Shown here piece after piece: positions 12,447 through 24,274 of a DNA stretch of 64,000 bases; position 1 is the first letter of the stretch, and every line of letters begins with the position of its first letter. Under the pieces are notes generated by a model. That model made no database searches. It was not told where the DNA came from and was given only the letters and a program-made list of their open reading frames with translations. A program made the translations under genes and the position numbers. The DNA is from Octopus sinensis (taxonomy: Eukaryota), in NCBI RefSeq assembly GCF_006345805.1, contig NC_043003.1:108314001-108378000 (forward strand), written 5' to 3'.

Positions 12447-12750
12447 GAAATGAAGAAAATACTGACAAAATAATTTAAGTAAGGGAGAGTGTATTTAATT
12501 AGGTGAAAGTTCTTTACCGGTTGCGCATTTGTTATGCTTATCAAAAGATATATTTTTAAGAGAGATAGAGTTCCTTTCTGATAGATTTTTTTCTCTTAAG
12601 AAAAAAATCTATCAGAAAGGAACTCTATCTCTCTTAAAAATATATCTTTTGATAAGCATAACAAATGCGCAACCGGTAAAGAACTTTCACCTAATTAAAT
12701 ACACTCTCCCTTACTTAAATTATTTTGTCAGCATTTTCTTCATTTCCTTT
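12443..12750. repeat. Near-perfect palindrome (152-bp arms, 4-nt loop)
   Basis: Arms 12443-12594 and 12599-12750; one mismatch noted by eye (A/G near the outer end). Confidence 0.95.
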
Positions 12751-12792
12751 TTTTTTATATATCACAACTCGTGTTCCACATCTCCTTTTTTA

Positions 12793-12840
<48 letters not shown>

Positions 12841-13987
12841 CTTTGCCAAACCGAGTAAAATATGCTTTGCTGGGAAGGTGTAGTAGGCCAAAATATGTTG
12901 ATAGCTTTAAAGACAACCTTCACTCTCATCTGCATCATTATTAATTTGGAAAAGTTTCGCTAGCGTGATCTTAGAGTTGTTTCGTTTGCTTGTCTTTTGT
13001 TTTTGTTTTTTGTTGTTAGCTTTTTCTAGTTTTATAAGCGATTCTAAGAGGAATTTTTATCTTCTAATTGCATAGATAATCTCAGTTGACTGAAAATTTT
13101 TCAACTCGCTGTGTTACATTTTTGATACTCTACTCTATCTGTATTTGGGGAAATGATGTTTGCATTTTTCGACAATAATCAAATATGGTATTATACAGTG
13201 TTTCTATTTGCTATTAAGTTGGGTAATTTTATCTTTTTTTCTTTTTGCAGAACAAACATTTTCTTTTAATAAAAATGAAAGTTATTCACAGCCTAGCTGT
13301 GCTGTGATGTTAGCTCTATGAAAAAATGAACAAAAATATGAAAATAAAATTAGCAGTAGTTTTAAACTGATATTTTAGTCATCTCTTATGAAGTTTACAA
13401 GTATTTCACATCTCTTTACATAATAATTTTTTTCTACACGGAAGATACAATTAACATGGCTGCTGAAGTATCGTTTCAAAACGACTCTAAAATGTTGTCA
13501 AAATAAAATATTCTGCTTTGATTTTTGTTTATTCATAATTTTTGTGAATTTTTTAAATTCAAAAGCCCATCTGGTTGTGATATGTGAAATAAAGCAATCA
13601 GTACGCAGGACATGAACATTTTTGACTTCCTAGATTTCAAAAACAGAATTCCTTTCTTTACATCGACGTGAGGTCTGTAATTTATAGAAGAAGAATTATG
13701 AAATCAGTATGATGATCATGACTCTCACAAAGGCATTAGTAATAATGTAGCTGTTGTTGTTGTGTAGCCCTAAGTTGGATCTGATGGAAGAGACTTTAAA
13801 ATCAAATGTTTTCCAGCCGTGACCATTCGATTTGTTCTAGTGAATCTAGGACTACATTATAAATACACCCTTTGATATTTTTTTTAAGCTTTTAGGAAGC
13901 AGTTTGAGGAAGACCTGACTGATGCTTCAAGCAAATTGAGCGACGACACAGGGGTTTCTTCATTGGCATTATTAATGTTGTTAAAAA

Positions 13988-14500
13988 GGCGGCTAGCTAG
14001 CAGAATCGTTAGCAAGGCGGGTGAAATGCTTAGCTGTATTTCGTCTGTCTTTATGTTCTGAGTTCAAATTCCGCCGAGGTCGACTTCGCCTTTCATCATT
14101 TCGAGATCGATAAATTAAGCACCAGTGAAACACTGGGGTCGATATAATCGACTAGTCCCCGCCCCCAAAATTTCTGGCCTTATGCCTATAGTAGAAAGGA
14201 TTATTATTGTAGTTTAAAAAAGACGGCGAAAAATTCAAGCCTTGTGCCTGTAGCAGAAAAGGGAGTTTAAAAAGCGGCGAGCTGACAGAATCATTTGTAC
14301 ACCGGACAAAATACTTAGCGGCATTCTTCCGGCTTTACGTTCTGAGTTCAAATTCCGCCGAGGTCGACTTTGCCTTTCATCCTTTTGGGGTCAATAAAAT
14401 ATGTAGCAGTTGAACATTAGGTTTAATGTAATCATCTAGCCCCCCCACCACCACCACCAGAAAAACATTTCGCGCTTTGTACCATTTGTAGAAAGAATTA
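13988..14500 (+). mobile_element. Two family-A SINE copies (13988-14210 and 14274-14500)
   Basis: Full family-A motifs in both copies. Confidence 0.85.
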
Positions 14501-14504
14501 ATAA

Positions 14505-16217
14505 CACCGTATAACAATAAAAAAAAACAAGAATAACCTTTATTAGGGGTATTTTGTGTGTAGATCACGAATATAACATCTTTTTCCTTCTGTAACCATG
14601 GTTCCGTACGAATTGAGTGCAAACAGGATTGAGCTGAAACTGACAGCACTAAAAGTTACGAACGGAGTGTTCCTAAGGTATTTATCAACCTAACCTACAA
14701 AAATTATAAAGGTACAATTAATATTTTTATAGTTATATGGGTCCAAATCCGTGGTAAATCTGACGAGAAACCACACCTTATCACCCAACCTGAACTCAAT
14801 GATTTAGTTCATGATCTAACACTTACTAAGCAACAGAGTGAAGTTCCTGCCTCACCTCTGCAACAATGGAACCTGTTGGATAAAGATGCTAGAATTACAA
14901 TATTTAGGAAGTGTTCTGCAAATCTACAGCAATTCTTCACTTTGAAAAACAACTTGACTTTTTGTAATTGTATCAGAGACTTATTCAATGCCCTTGAGCT
15001 GACCTATGAACCAAATGAGTGGAGTTTGCTCATAGATGCATCCCTTTACGGCATAAAAGCGGATCTGTTGCACATTGGGAACACCATGCCTTCAGTTCCA
15101 ATTGCTCAATCAGTCATTTGAAGAGAGACATATGAGGACCTTGCTTTTATTCTAGACCGCATAAGTTACAAGGAACAAGAGTGGCTGATTTATGCGGACT
15201 TGAAAGTAGTAGACCTACTTAATTGGCTGCAAACTGGATACACCAAGTTTATGTGCTTCCTTTGTAAGTGGGACAGTAGTGCCAGGTGAGAACCTTATGT
15301 ACGTTCAGAATGGTCACCTCAGGAAACTATGTTGCCTGGATGCCATAATGTAAGTCACGAGCCACTTGTTAAGAAGGAGAAAATCATTTTGCCACCACTT
15401 CATATAAGACTAAGCCTAATGAAGCAATTTACCAAAGCACTGCAACATAACAAGCCATGTTTCCAGTACGTCAAGACGGTCTTCCCTAAAATAAGTGATG
15501 CCAAGATTAAAGAGGGTATATTCGTAGGCCCTCAGAGTCGTCAACTTATAGCTGATGAGGACTGACTTCAAGGTGACAATGGATGAAACTGACTTAGTGG
15601 TCTGGCATGCATTCAAATATGTATGCAAAGGACTTCTGGGAAAGCACCAAGTGGCTCAGCGAGAGAGTATAGTGGAGAGCCTAATCAGGTGCTATCAAGA
15701 TCTCGGATGCAATATGTCACTGAAGATACACTTTCTTTATTCTCATCAGTCCTTCTTCCTAGAGAATGCAGGAGATGTTCGTGATGAACATGGAGAGCGT
15801 TTCCATCAAGATATAGCTTCAATGGAAAACAGGTATAAGGGAAAATGTAACCCAGCTATGCTGGTTGACTTCTGCTGGAACCTGAAACGTGACACACCTG
15901 AGACGTCTTATAAACAAAGAAGTAAGTACTAAAATGTAGGTTAACATATTATATAATGCTAACAAACATACCGATTCATTACATATTTATGAATTAATTA
16001 CAATGGACATATTTAATCTGACTTTGGGAGAAAAATAAATTTATAGTACCGTGGAAATTGGTATAAATTGCATAGTTATTAAGTCAGTAATTTACTAGAA
16101 AATATGGCGTGATGGGAAATTTTTGTTATAAAATTCGAATTTAGCACAAATCAACTTCATAATGAAATGTACATGAGAACTATATTATTCCTTAAATCTG
16201 AAATTTGTTGTACAGTA
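14505..16217 (+). mobile_element. Chapaev3-like (CMC superfamily) DNA transposon, internally deleted, with transposase pseudogene at about 14735-15930
   Basis: Imperfect TIRs CACCGTATAACAA and TTGTTGTACAGTA; TAA TSD on both sides. Motifs PHLITQPELNDLV, GYTKFMCFLCKWDS, PPLHIRLSLMKQFTKAL, EGIFVGPQ, CNMSLKIHFL, DEHGERFHQDI. The N-terminal zinc-finger region is absent. Confidence 0.8.
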
Positions 16218-16276
16218 TAATGTAACTGAAATTGCTACTACCGGAAATCGAAATCAGAGTGAGTCAGAATTAGGGA

Positions 16277-16600
16277 ATGGTGTGCCTAAGTGTGATGGCG
16301 CATAGCTTCATGGTTAGATTATCCGGTTCACTATCGTAATGTCGTGAGTTCGATTCCTTGAGCAAGATACTTTATTTCACGCTGCACCAGTCCACTCAGT
16401 TGGCCAGAATGAGTTGTACTTGTAATTCAAAGGGTCAGCCATGTCACACTCTTTGTCGCGCTGAATCTCCTTAAGAATTACGTTAAGGATTTGTGTGTCT
16501 GTGGGGTACTCAGTCCAACTGCGCGTTAATCTTACAAGCAGGTTGTTCTGTTGATAGTATCAACTTGAACACTCGTCGTAACCGACGGAGAGTCAGAGCC
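16277..16600 (+). mobile_element. tRNA-derived SINE, family C
   Basis: tRNA-like head GGCGCATAGCTTCATGGTTAG...GAGTTCGATTCC followed by CCTTGAGCAAGATACTTTATTTCAC...CAGTCCACTCAG, a CORE/V-like central block. Confidence 0.7.
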
Positions 16601-16906
16601 AGAGTCATGCCTAATTTGCTTTAGCAGTGTAAATTAGGTGAATTAGCTGCAGCCAAGAATTGAAAGTATACTACGAACTTTGAGTCTCCTTAGGTTAGCC
16701 TATCGTTACTTTTGCGTTAAACGCCTATACAACACAGTAATTATTTCCACTTCTGAAATAACAATACAATTGCTGTGATCAAAAGAAAAGTATTGATGCC
16801 TTTGTTTTTTGTTTGTATGTTTCTTTTAGTTTGTTTTTTCTTTCTTCCTTTCTTTTATGAATCACTTAAACTATTGTATTTCTTTTTGTCTATCTTTCAA
16901 CACCAG

Positions 16907-16928
16907 GCATTGAAAATCCGTATAAGAG
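16907..16928 (+). CDS. Candidate 22-nt microexon
   Basis: ttctttttgtctatctttcaacaccag|GCATTGAAAATCCGTATAAGAG|gtaagt; strong splice sites; phase 1 to 2 reading (S)IENPYK(R). Confidence 0.5.
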
Positions 16929-17164
16929 GTAAGTTCTTTAATCTTGATGACTCTTTTATGTTTTATGTAAAGACTAACTTAACGAACTTAGATAAAATCA
17001 TGTTGATTGATGGTAAATTATTCTAATAAATGTCTCTCTGTGAGCTATAAAATCTCTTCAAACTGATGGTCAGCAGAGGATTTGTAAAAGTAAAACAAAA
17101 GAGAGATACATCGTCAGTGGATAGATCAAACTTATACCTATTTTTCTCAATTATTTAAACAAAG

Positions 17165-17174
17165 ATACAAGGAG
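17165..17174 (+). CDS. Candidate 10-nt microexon
   Basis: tttttctcaattatttaaacaaag|ATACAAGGAG|gtaagt; phase 2 to 0 reading YKE. Confidence 0.4.
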
Positions 17175-17947
17175 GTAAGTACTGTGTATACAATCTGAAC
17201 AAATATAAACTAATGATATATTATCTGACAGACTATGATATTTCCAAAGTGATTTCGTCTAGGTTAACAAATTATCGTCTGTGTATTTGACAAAAGTATA
17301 TAAATTCTTTATAGTTGTTTCTTTTGATGATGATGCTGTTATTGCTTTAGTTGTGTATACCGAAATTCATACTGAATACATTTTTATTAAACAAAACCAA
17401 CTAAAAATAAATAACTTGATGAAATTTTGGCGTTGGCTACCAATAAAGGATATTTATGACCCTAAGAAAAGACCTGCGCTGATGTCGTGGAAGATTTGTG
17501 ATAACAATGAGCAATCGTTGGGTGGCCGACTGGCATCGATTGGTAACCTTATAAACATAAGATCCGAATGTTAGTTTGTTAGTTGTTTATTTTTATACAT
17601 TTTTCAAGTCCATGTAAATTGCGCATCAAAATTCAATAATGTTAAGGAGAAATTATTTTTTTCAGTTGTAGATTCTAGACTACCTGTGAATATCTATGTC
17701 TAATTGCTTCGTTTATAATTTCTAATTTTCAAACTCACCTTTAATGCACTAGCAGGTGCATTTTTATGTAACTGCCGGTAAAAGATTTCTAACGAGTGTC
17801 GTAAGCATTAAAAGTTGAAATAATTGAATAATAAAAGAAAAAGGAAAGTAAATACTTGTAATAATGAACTTAGAACAAGTAAATTGTTTCGTTTTGGGAT
17901 TTGGTTTGCAAGATTCTTTATTTGAGTTCGTGTGTTGAAGCATATTC

Positions 17948-18218
17948 TGTTGTGTTTGGGGAGAGTCATTCTCTTTTGATGCCTTGTAATTTAAAACACT
18001 CACTGGTAACATTTCCACTCACTTCCTTCTGTATTTTTCTAAACTTTTCGTTGCGTCTTGCAACCTTTTCAATAGTTTTGACTGTCAAAACTATTGAAAA
18101 GGTTGCAAGACGCAACGAAAAGTTTAGAAAAATACAGAAGGAAATGAGTGGAAATGTTACCAGTGAGTGTTTTAAATTATAAGGCACCAAAAGAGAATGA
18201 CCCTCCCCAAACCCAACA
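17948..18218. repeat. Palindrome with about 135-bp arms and a 1-nt centre (18083)
   Basis: Centre TTTTGAC-T-GTCAAAA; about 5 mismatches by eye, mostly transitions. Confidence 0.95.
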
Positions 18219-18650
18219 AAGTTGTTATTTTCTGTATGAACGACTCCATGTTATAGTTTATATTCAATTTTGCATTTCTTGTAATTAGAAAATATGGTTT
18301 ATGGAGTATACACATATGGTAATACTAAGCAAAAATGTTCCTTGTGATTTCAATTATAGAATACGGCTTGTGTATGTGTGAATGCTTTATACTGAAAACT
18401 TTCTGGTTTTCGGTAATACAAAATACATATTTCCCTTTCAGATTCACATACTTATTGCAGCGGTCCTTCAGTTTTTCGAAGACCCCGTAATATAACTCGT
18501 AAGTTTAGACCTCCATCCAGGCCTCTCGCGACATTCTTAAAGCCAGGAATTTTTAGCACCCCCTCGCATGTGCAAGAAAATCTTTCTCTCTTTTCTCTCT
18601 CTCCCACCTCTCTCTCACCTCTTTTTTCCACCTCTCTCTTACTCACTCGC

Positions 18651-18696
<46 letters not shown>

Positions 18697-19367
18697 ATAT
18701 ATATATATATATGCATATTCATGTTATCCTTCGCTTTTTTTACTGTTTTTATTGTGCTAATATCATCAATAACAGTGGATGGTTATCACCATAAAATGAC
18801 TCGTTCCTTGTGAATCGATACCCCTTTTTGCCGTTTTGATTTCAGTTTGCAACACCAGGTCCCTACATTTACGCCGTTAATAGCTTTGCGGAATTCATTT
18901 ACATCACAATGACTCTTCTTTATTTTAAGATAGAAAGTAATATGCATCTTCAAAATAAATACACAGTTATTAGAAATACGGCGAATTGAATCTACAGAAT
19001 ATCATACTTCAAACCAAAAGATCGACGCTTTATGTTCTACTAACTGACCACGTGCCGTTAATAATGACGGTTAATTGTATTGTTTTATATATAAATAAGC
19101 TACAAAATACGGTGCATAATAATCACAGATTCGAACATTCACATCCTTCCCTCGCACACACATACACACATTTACTCTCACAAAGAGTTGAAACGCTGAT
19201 TTATTTTTCACTCCTTCCTTCATTATTCATCTATCACCCCTTCCTTTCTCTCATTATTATTACTTTCTCTCCCTCCCTCTCAGTCAGGGCTACTACTTCT
19301 CCTTCACTGAATTGCTATTTTCTCTCCTCCTCCGCGCCCGGCGTGATTCTGGACATATATATATATA

Positions 19368-19421
<54 letters not shown>

Positions 19422-20094
19422 AGTTGACTTGCTAGAAAAAATAGCTGCCAGGTCTTCCACAAATTCCATTCTACTGTCAAGCTATGTTCTGGCAGTAAAT
19501 GATTGGCGCTTTCTTTTATCGACCCTGAAAAGATAAGAAGTAAAACTGATCTGGGCATGACTTAAGTTCAGAGTGTAAAGGAGCAGAGAATACATTAGAT
19601 AAGTTAGTCCTAGATACACTGTGTAAGACATAGGTGGGATGGTCATGTCTTGAACGCCTTACATCATACGTCTATTCGGGCAGTTGTGACCTAGAACTAA
19701 ACTTCAGCAACAACAGGATAATTATTTCGTTAGCTTGCAGTCCGACGCTGACATTTCCATAGATCTGTTGAAGACATTTCTGTGTATCTTCAACGGAACC
19801 CCTGCTGCGACACAAGATAGTCTTCAGTGATATTTCAAGGTCCTAAATAGTTACAAAGCGTTTATTTTATGTGAGATAAATCTTATATCCATTCGCGTTT
19901 TAGAAGATTTGATTTCGTTATTGTAAATTTATGTACCCCAGGAAGATGAAAGTTGAAGTCCGTTCCCGTAGGATCCGAACACAGAAGGCTATGAATATAA
20001 TGTCTGTGAAAGTTGATTGTCAAACAACTCATCACATTCTATTTCGTTCCATGTTCCATCGTGACGTCATTTCTTTCTATCACTCACACAAACA

Positions 20095-20380
20095 TTCTCT
20101 CTCTCCCTCTCTTTCTCCCTCTCTCTCCCTCTTCATCTCTCTCGTCCTCTCTCTCTTCCTCTCTCTCTCTATCTTCCTCCCTCTCTCTATCTTCCTCTCT
20201 CTCTATTTTCCTCTCTATCTTCTCTCCTTCCTTCTTTTTCTCTTATGCCCTCTCTCTTCTTCTTTCTCCTCTCTTTCTCTCTCTCTCTCTCTTTCTCTCT
20301 CCCTTTCTATCTACCTGTCTGTTCCATCAACAAGTCATTCTGCCCTCTCTCTCTCCCTCTCTTTCCCTCTCTCTCTCTCT
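20095..20380. repeat. Degenerate (CT)n/pyrimidine tract
   Basis: Direct reading of the sequence. Confidence 0.9.
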
Positions 20381-20842
20381 TATTACTTGATTTTGATAAC
20401 TTGATCAATAGAAGTGTCGAAGACTTTCGTAAACTGCAACCTATTGACATTCTTGATCAGCTCAATAAACCATCGGTGAAATTATATTTACTTATTAAGT
20501 CATTCTTACACGTTAACCAAAAGTATTATTCGTTATGATATCAGTTCAACACGTCGCTGTTATAATGACCAGGTGGACTACACTGAAGAATTATTCTGTT
20601 GATTCTTCCGCACGTAATTCTGTATTCGAATCTAATACGGGGAACCTTCTACCAAAGACTTGGCTTGAACCCAATGCTTTATGAAGAAAATCGGGAAGAC
20701 GGAAATTTTGCGGAAGCCTATTTGACTCTACCCGTTTTGGAGTACAAGAATTAATTGGGGAAATTTTGAACCTGGGTTCTCATTCCTAAGGTATATTTTG
20801 ATGTGGCTATTATTATTATTATTATTATTATCGTTATTATTA

Positions 20843-20935
20843 AGGTCACTGCCTGGAATCGAACTCGGAATCTTGGGGTTAATAGCCCGCACTCTTAACC
20901 ACTACACCATATGTCCGAGGGCATATGATGTAGTG
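20843..20935 (-). mobile_element. Short tRNA-derived SINE with (TAA)n tail and a 5' hairpin
   Basis: Minus strand reads GGTGTAGTGGTTAAG (A-box) ... GAGTTCGATTCC (B-box), then (AAT)n at 20805-20842. Confidence 0.6.
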
Positions 20936-21023
20936 TATTTCTATACAACATATTTTGCTTCTTTTTTTTTCCAATATATAAGGAACAATTTTATTCTTGG
21001 GCAACGCCGGGTGCCTCTGCTAG

Positions 21024-21067
<44 letters not shown>

Positions 21068-21127
21068 GTGTGTGTGTGTGTGTGTATAGTTAATCAGAAA
21101 CTTAATACCACTATACACCACTCGCAC

Positions 21128-21310
21128 AAAATATTGTTTTCAGATTTGGGCACAAGGCTAGAAATTTCGAGGGAAGACGTAAGTCGATTACATTGGGCCC
21201 AGTGCTCAACTGCTACTTAAATTATCGACCCCGCAGAACGCAAACATGGATGAAGTGCCGCACTAAGCATTTTTCCCAGCCTGATAACGATTCTGTCAGA
21301 TCGCTCGTCT
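21128..21310 (-). mobile_element. Family-A SINE, degenerate
   Basis: GGCACAAGGCTAG...CCCAGTGCTCAACTG...CTAAGCATTTTTCCCAGCCTGATAACGATTCTG. Confidence 0.7.
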
Positions 21311-21370
21311 TATATTTTATTTAAAATATTATTTTTTTTAATCGTGTCTTTTCCTTTCCGTGTCTTTCAG

Positions 21371-21454
21371 AACCACTCGGAATTAAAACAATGAAGCGAA
21401 CAGCTCCATTCAGACAACAATCAACTGGCCCACCCACCGGCTGGTGGCTCTACG
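21371..21454 (+). CDS. Candidate 84-nt exon of an unidentified host gene
   Basis: ttttcctttccgtgtctttcag| ... TACG|gtaatt; only one frame is open: PLGIKTMKRTAPFRQQSTGPPTGWWLY (phase 1 to 1). Confidence 0.6.
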
Positions 21455-21941
21455 GTAATTTTTGTTTTTCTATTGCACCAGCAGACATATCCTATATTAC
21501 TCTCCACTCTATGTCACCTTGACTGTTTCACGGTGCGTCCATCTATCGTACAGTGAGATATATCCTACATTACTCTGTATCTTCTGTTGCGTAATAGAGA
21601 TATTTTAAATTACACTGTACCCCATGTTAACTCGGTGGCTCTACGGTGAGTCTAATCATAGTACCAACAGACATAACTTGTATAACTCTGTACCCTATAT
21701 TACCTTGTCGCAAAATCGTAAAAAATGTATACAGTGAGGACATAACTGAATAGACTCCAACAGACACCAGATACTTATTTTATCATTTTATCATACTAGA
21801 GTGAAAGAATAGGGCCAAGATCAATCTCAGCCGGTATTCGTGCTAAAATATAAAGGCAATTCAAACTTATACTTTTCGTATTTGCAGTTTTGTATCTGTA
21901 TACTAGAAGTAATGCCTCATTTTATACACGTAGTTTATACC

Positions 21942-22547
21942 TATTTCTTTACTACCCACAAGGGGCTAGACACAGAGGGGACAAACAAGGACAGGCAAAC
22001 GGATTAAGTCGATTATATCGACCCCAGTGCGTAACTGGTACTTATTTAATTGACCCCGAAAGGATGAAAGGCAAAGTTGACCTCGGCGGAATTTGAAGTC
22101 ACAACGTAGCGGCAGACGAAATACTTATTTCTTTACCACCCACAAGGGGCTAAACTCAGAGAGGACAAACAAGGACAGGCAAACGGATTAAGTCGATTAT
22201 ATCAACCCCAGTGCGCAACTGGTACTTATTTAATCGACCCCGAAAGGATGAAAGGCAAAGTCGACCTTGGCGGAATTTGAACTCAGAACGTAACGGCAGC
22301 CGAAATACCTATTTCTATTTCTTTACTACCCACAAGGGGCTAGACACAAAGGGGACAAACAAGGACAGACAAACGGATTAAGACAATTACATCGATCCCA
22401 GTGCGTAACTGGTGCTTAATTTATCGACCCCGAAAGGATGAAAGGCAAAGTGGACCTCGGCGGAATTTGAACTCAGAACGTAACGGCAGACGAAATATGG
22501 CTACGCATTTCGCCCGGCGTGCTAACATTTCTGCCACCTCGCCGCCT
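21942..22547 (-). mobile_element. Family-A2 SINE head-to-tail trimer (one head, three bodies)
   Basis: 22-bp TSD TTTTAT(A/G)CACGTAGTTTATACC at 21920-21941 and 22548-22569; internal junctions at about 22124 and 22309. Confidence 0.9.
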
Positions 22548-22654
22548 TTTTATGCACGTAGTTTATACCATTAGAGGAAATTCAAATACAACATAATCTC
22601 TGCTGCCTCAGTAAACTTAGGATTGTTCTCTACAAATGTAACTCATCTTTTATC

Positions 22655-22930
22655 TTTCATCTTTTACTTGTTTCAGTCATTGGACTTCGGTCATGCTGGG
22701 GCACTGCCTTGAAGGGTTTAGTCGAACAAATCGACCTCAGTACTTCAGTACTTATATTTTTCTCTAACCTGGTACTTATTCTATCGGTTTCTGGACATAA
22801 ACAAACCAACACCGGATTTCTTTTCGTTTTCGTCTACCCAATCCACTCACAAGGCTTTGAAGGGACCGAAGCTATAAAAGAAAACACTTGCCCAAGGTGT
22901 CACACAGTGAGACTTGAACCCAAGACTACA
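22655..22930 (-). mobile_element. Family-B SINE, degenerate and internally deleted
   Basis: Tail GTTTCAGTCAT...CATGCTGGGGCACTGCC and body CCACTCACAAGGCTTTG...CCCAAGGTGTCAC. Confidence 0.7.
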
Positions 22931-23939
22931 TATACCCACTCCTGTCTTATTGATCCTTTTAATCACTAATAACCTAAATCTTTAAATCCGTTGCTGAATC
23001 CTGAATGAGAGGTCAATACTCTTCACGTTCTACGACACAAGACGATAACCTATGGCTTGTAATAAAGCTTCCTGTTCACACTCAGTGTTACAATCTATCA
23101 ACCAGGCGTTCAAGTCATTATCCGCTCAACCATTTCATTTCAAAAATACTTAGTTTAGAAATCAGTAACTTTCACTAAAGATTTCTTTGAATAAACATTA
23201 ATGCGGTGTATTTTAAGGACATTAAACATTTACGATTCTTTTAAGAGACTAAGCATTGAAATAAAGTGAAATAGCTCAGCTTGGAATTGAAACCAGGTTG
23301 CGGATTCTACTCGCTGAGAGAGCTGGAATGTTGAGATCTTGCTAAAAATTGACAAAATTGGTTGGCCCGGAATTGAAACGAGATAGTGGATTCGACTCGC
23401 TGAAAGTTGACCTCAAGATAATTTGCAAAAATTGTTTTGGAACTATACCATTTTTCAATGACCTTATATTTTGTTCATTCGAGATGATTCTCGTATTGCA
23501 GGTGACGTCTTTTTTAAGAAAAAAGAAGAAGGGTATGTCACTGTACAATGTATAACTATTTGTAGTTACTAACTGAATCTCGTATGTTATGAAGTATTAG
23601 AGTTCAAACATTCAACTAAAACATTGTTCTTCCTCGGCACTAAATCCTTCTGGAAATGCCAGTGGATCTAAATAATGGTTTCTAATTTAGGCAGAATGCC
23701 AGCAATTTTGAGGGATGTGGTTACGTCGACACATTTACTCCAGTACTTCATTGGTACTTTATTTTATCGATCCTCAGAAGGACGAAAAAGAAAGCAGGCC
23801 TCAGCTGGAATTGAAATCAGAATGCGAAGAGCTGGGATAAATGTCACAAAGAATTTTTTTCTGATGCTCTAACGATTCTGCTAATTCTCCGCGTTTGAAG
23901 ATTTAAATAAGCTTAAAACATTAGAAAACTTAATCTCCC

Positions 23940-23981
<42 letters not shown>

Positions 23982-24134
23982 GAATTTAGAAACATATTTA
24001 AAAACTTGATGCGATGATGGATTAGTGTAACATAATAGCGTGTACATCAAAACAGTTATTGATCTACAATTTCTTTTGTTTTCAGGAATCTTGCAACACA
24101 AATTGATATCTTTTGTTTTATTTTCTATTAAAAG

Positions 24135-24266
24135 CTAATGGTTTTGATAACCGTGGTAAGAAATTGGAGAAAAAGTTCTTGGGTCGAAATGAAAGTGCTT
24201 TTTCAAGTGGAACAATTACTGCGCGGGCCCTCCTAGAAGATTTTATTGAGAATCTCAAGTTAAAAA
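24135..24266 (+). CDS. Candidate 132-nt exon of an unidentified host gene
   Basis: ttttattttctattaaaag| ... AAGTTAAAAA|gtaagt; open phase 1 to 1: (A)NGFDNRGKKLEKKFLGRNESAFSSGTITARALLEDFIENLKLK. An alternative internal donor gtg|gtaaga lies at 24156. Confidence 0.6.
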
Positions 24267-24274
24267 GTAAGTAA

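Noticed and set aside
20843-20913. Possible functional tRNA gene
   Set aside because: Acceptor and anticodon stems do not pair properly and it ends in an (AAT)n tail; treated as a SINE.
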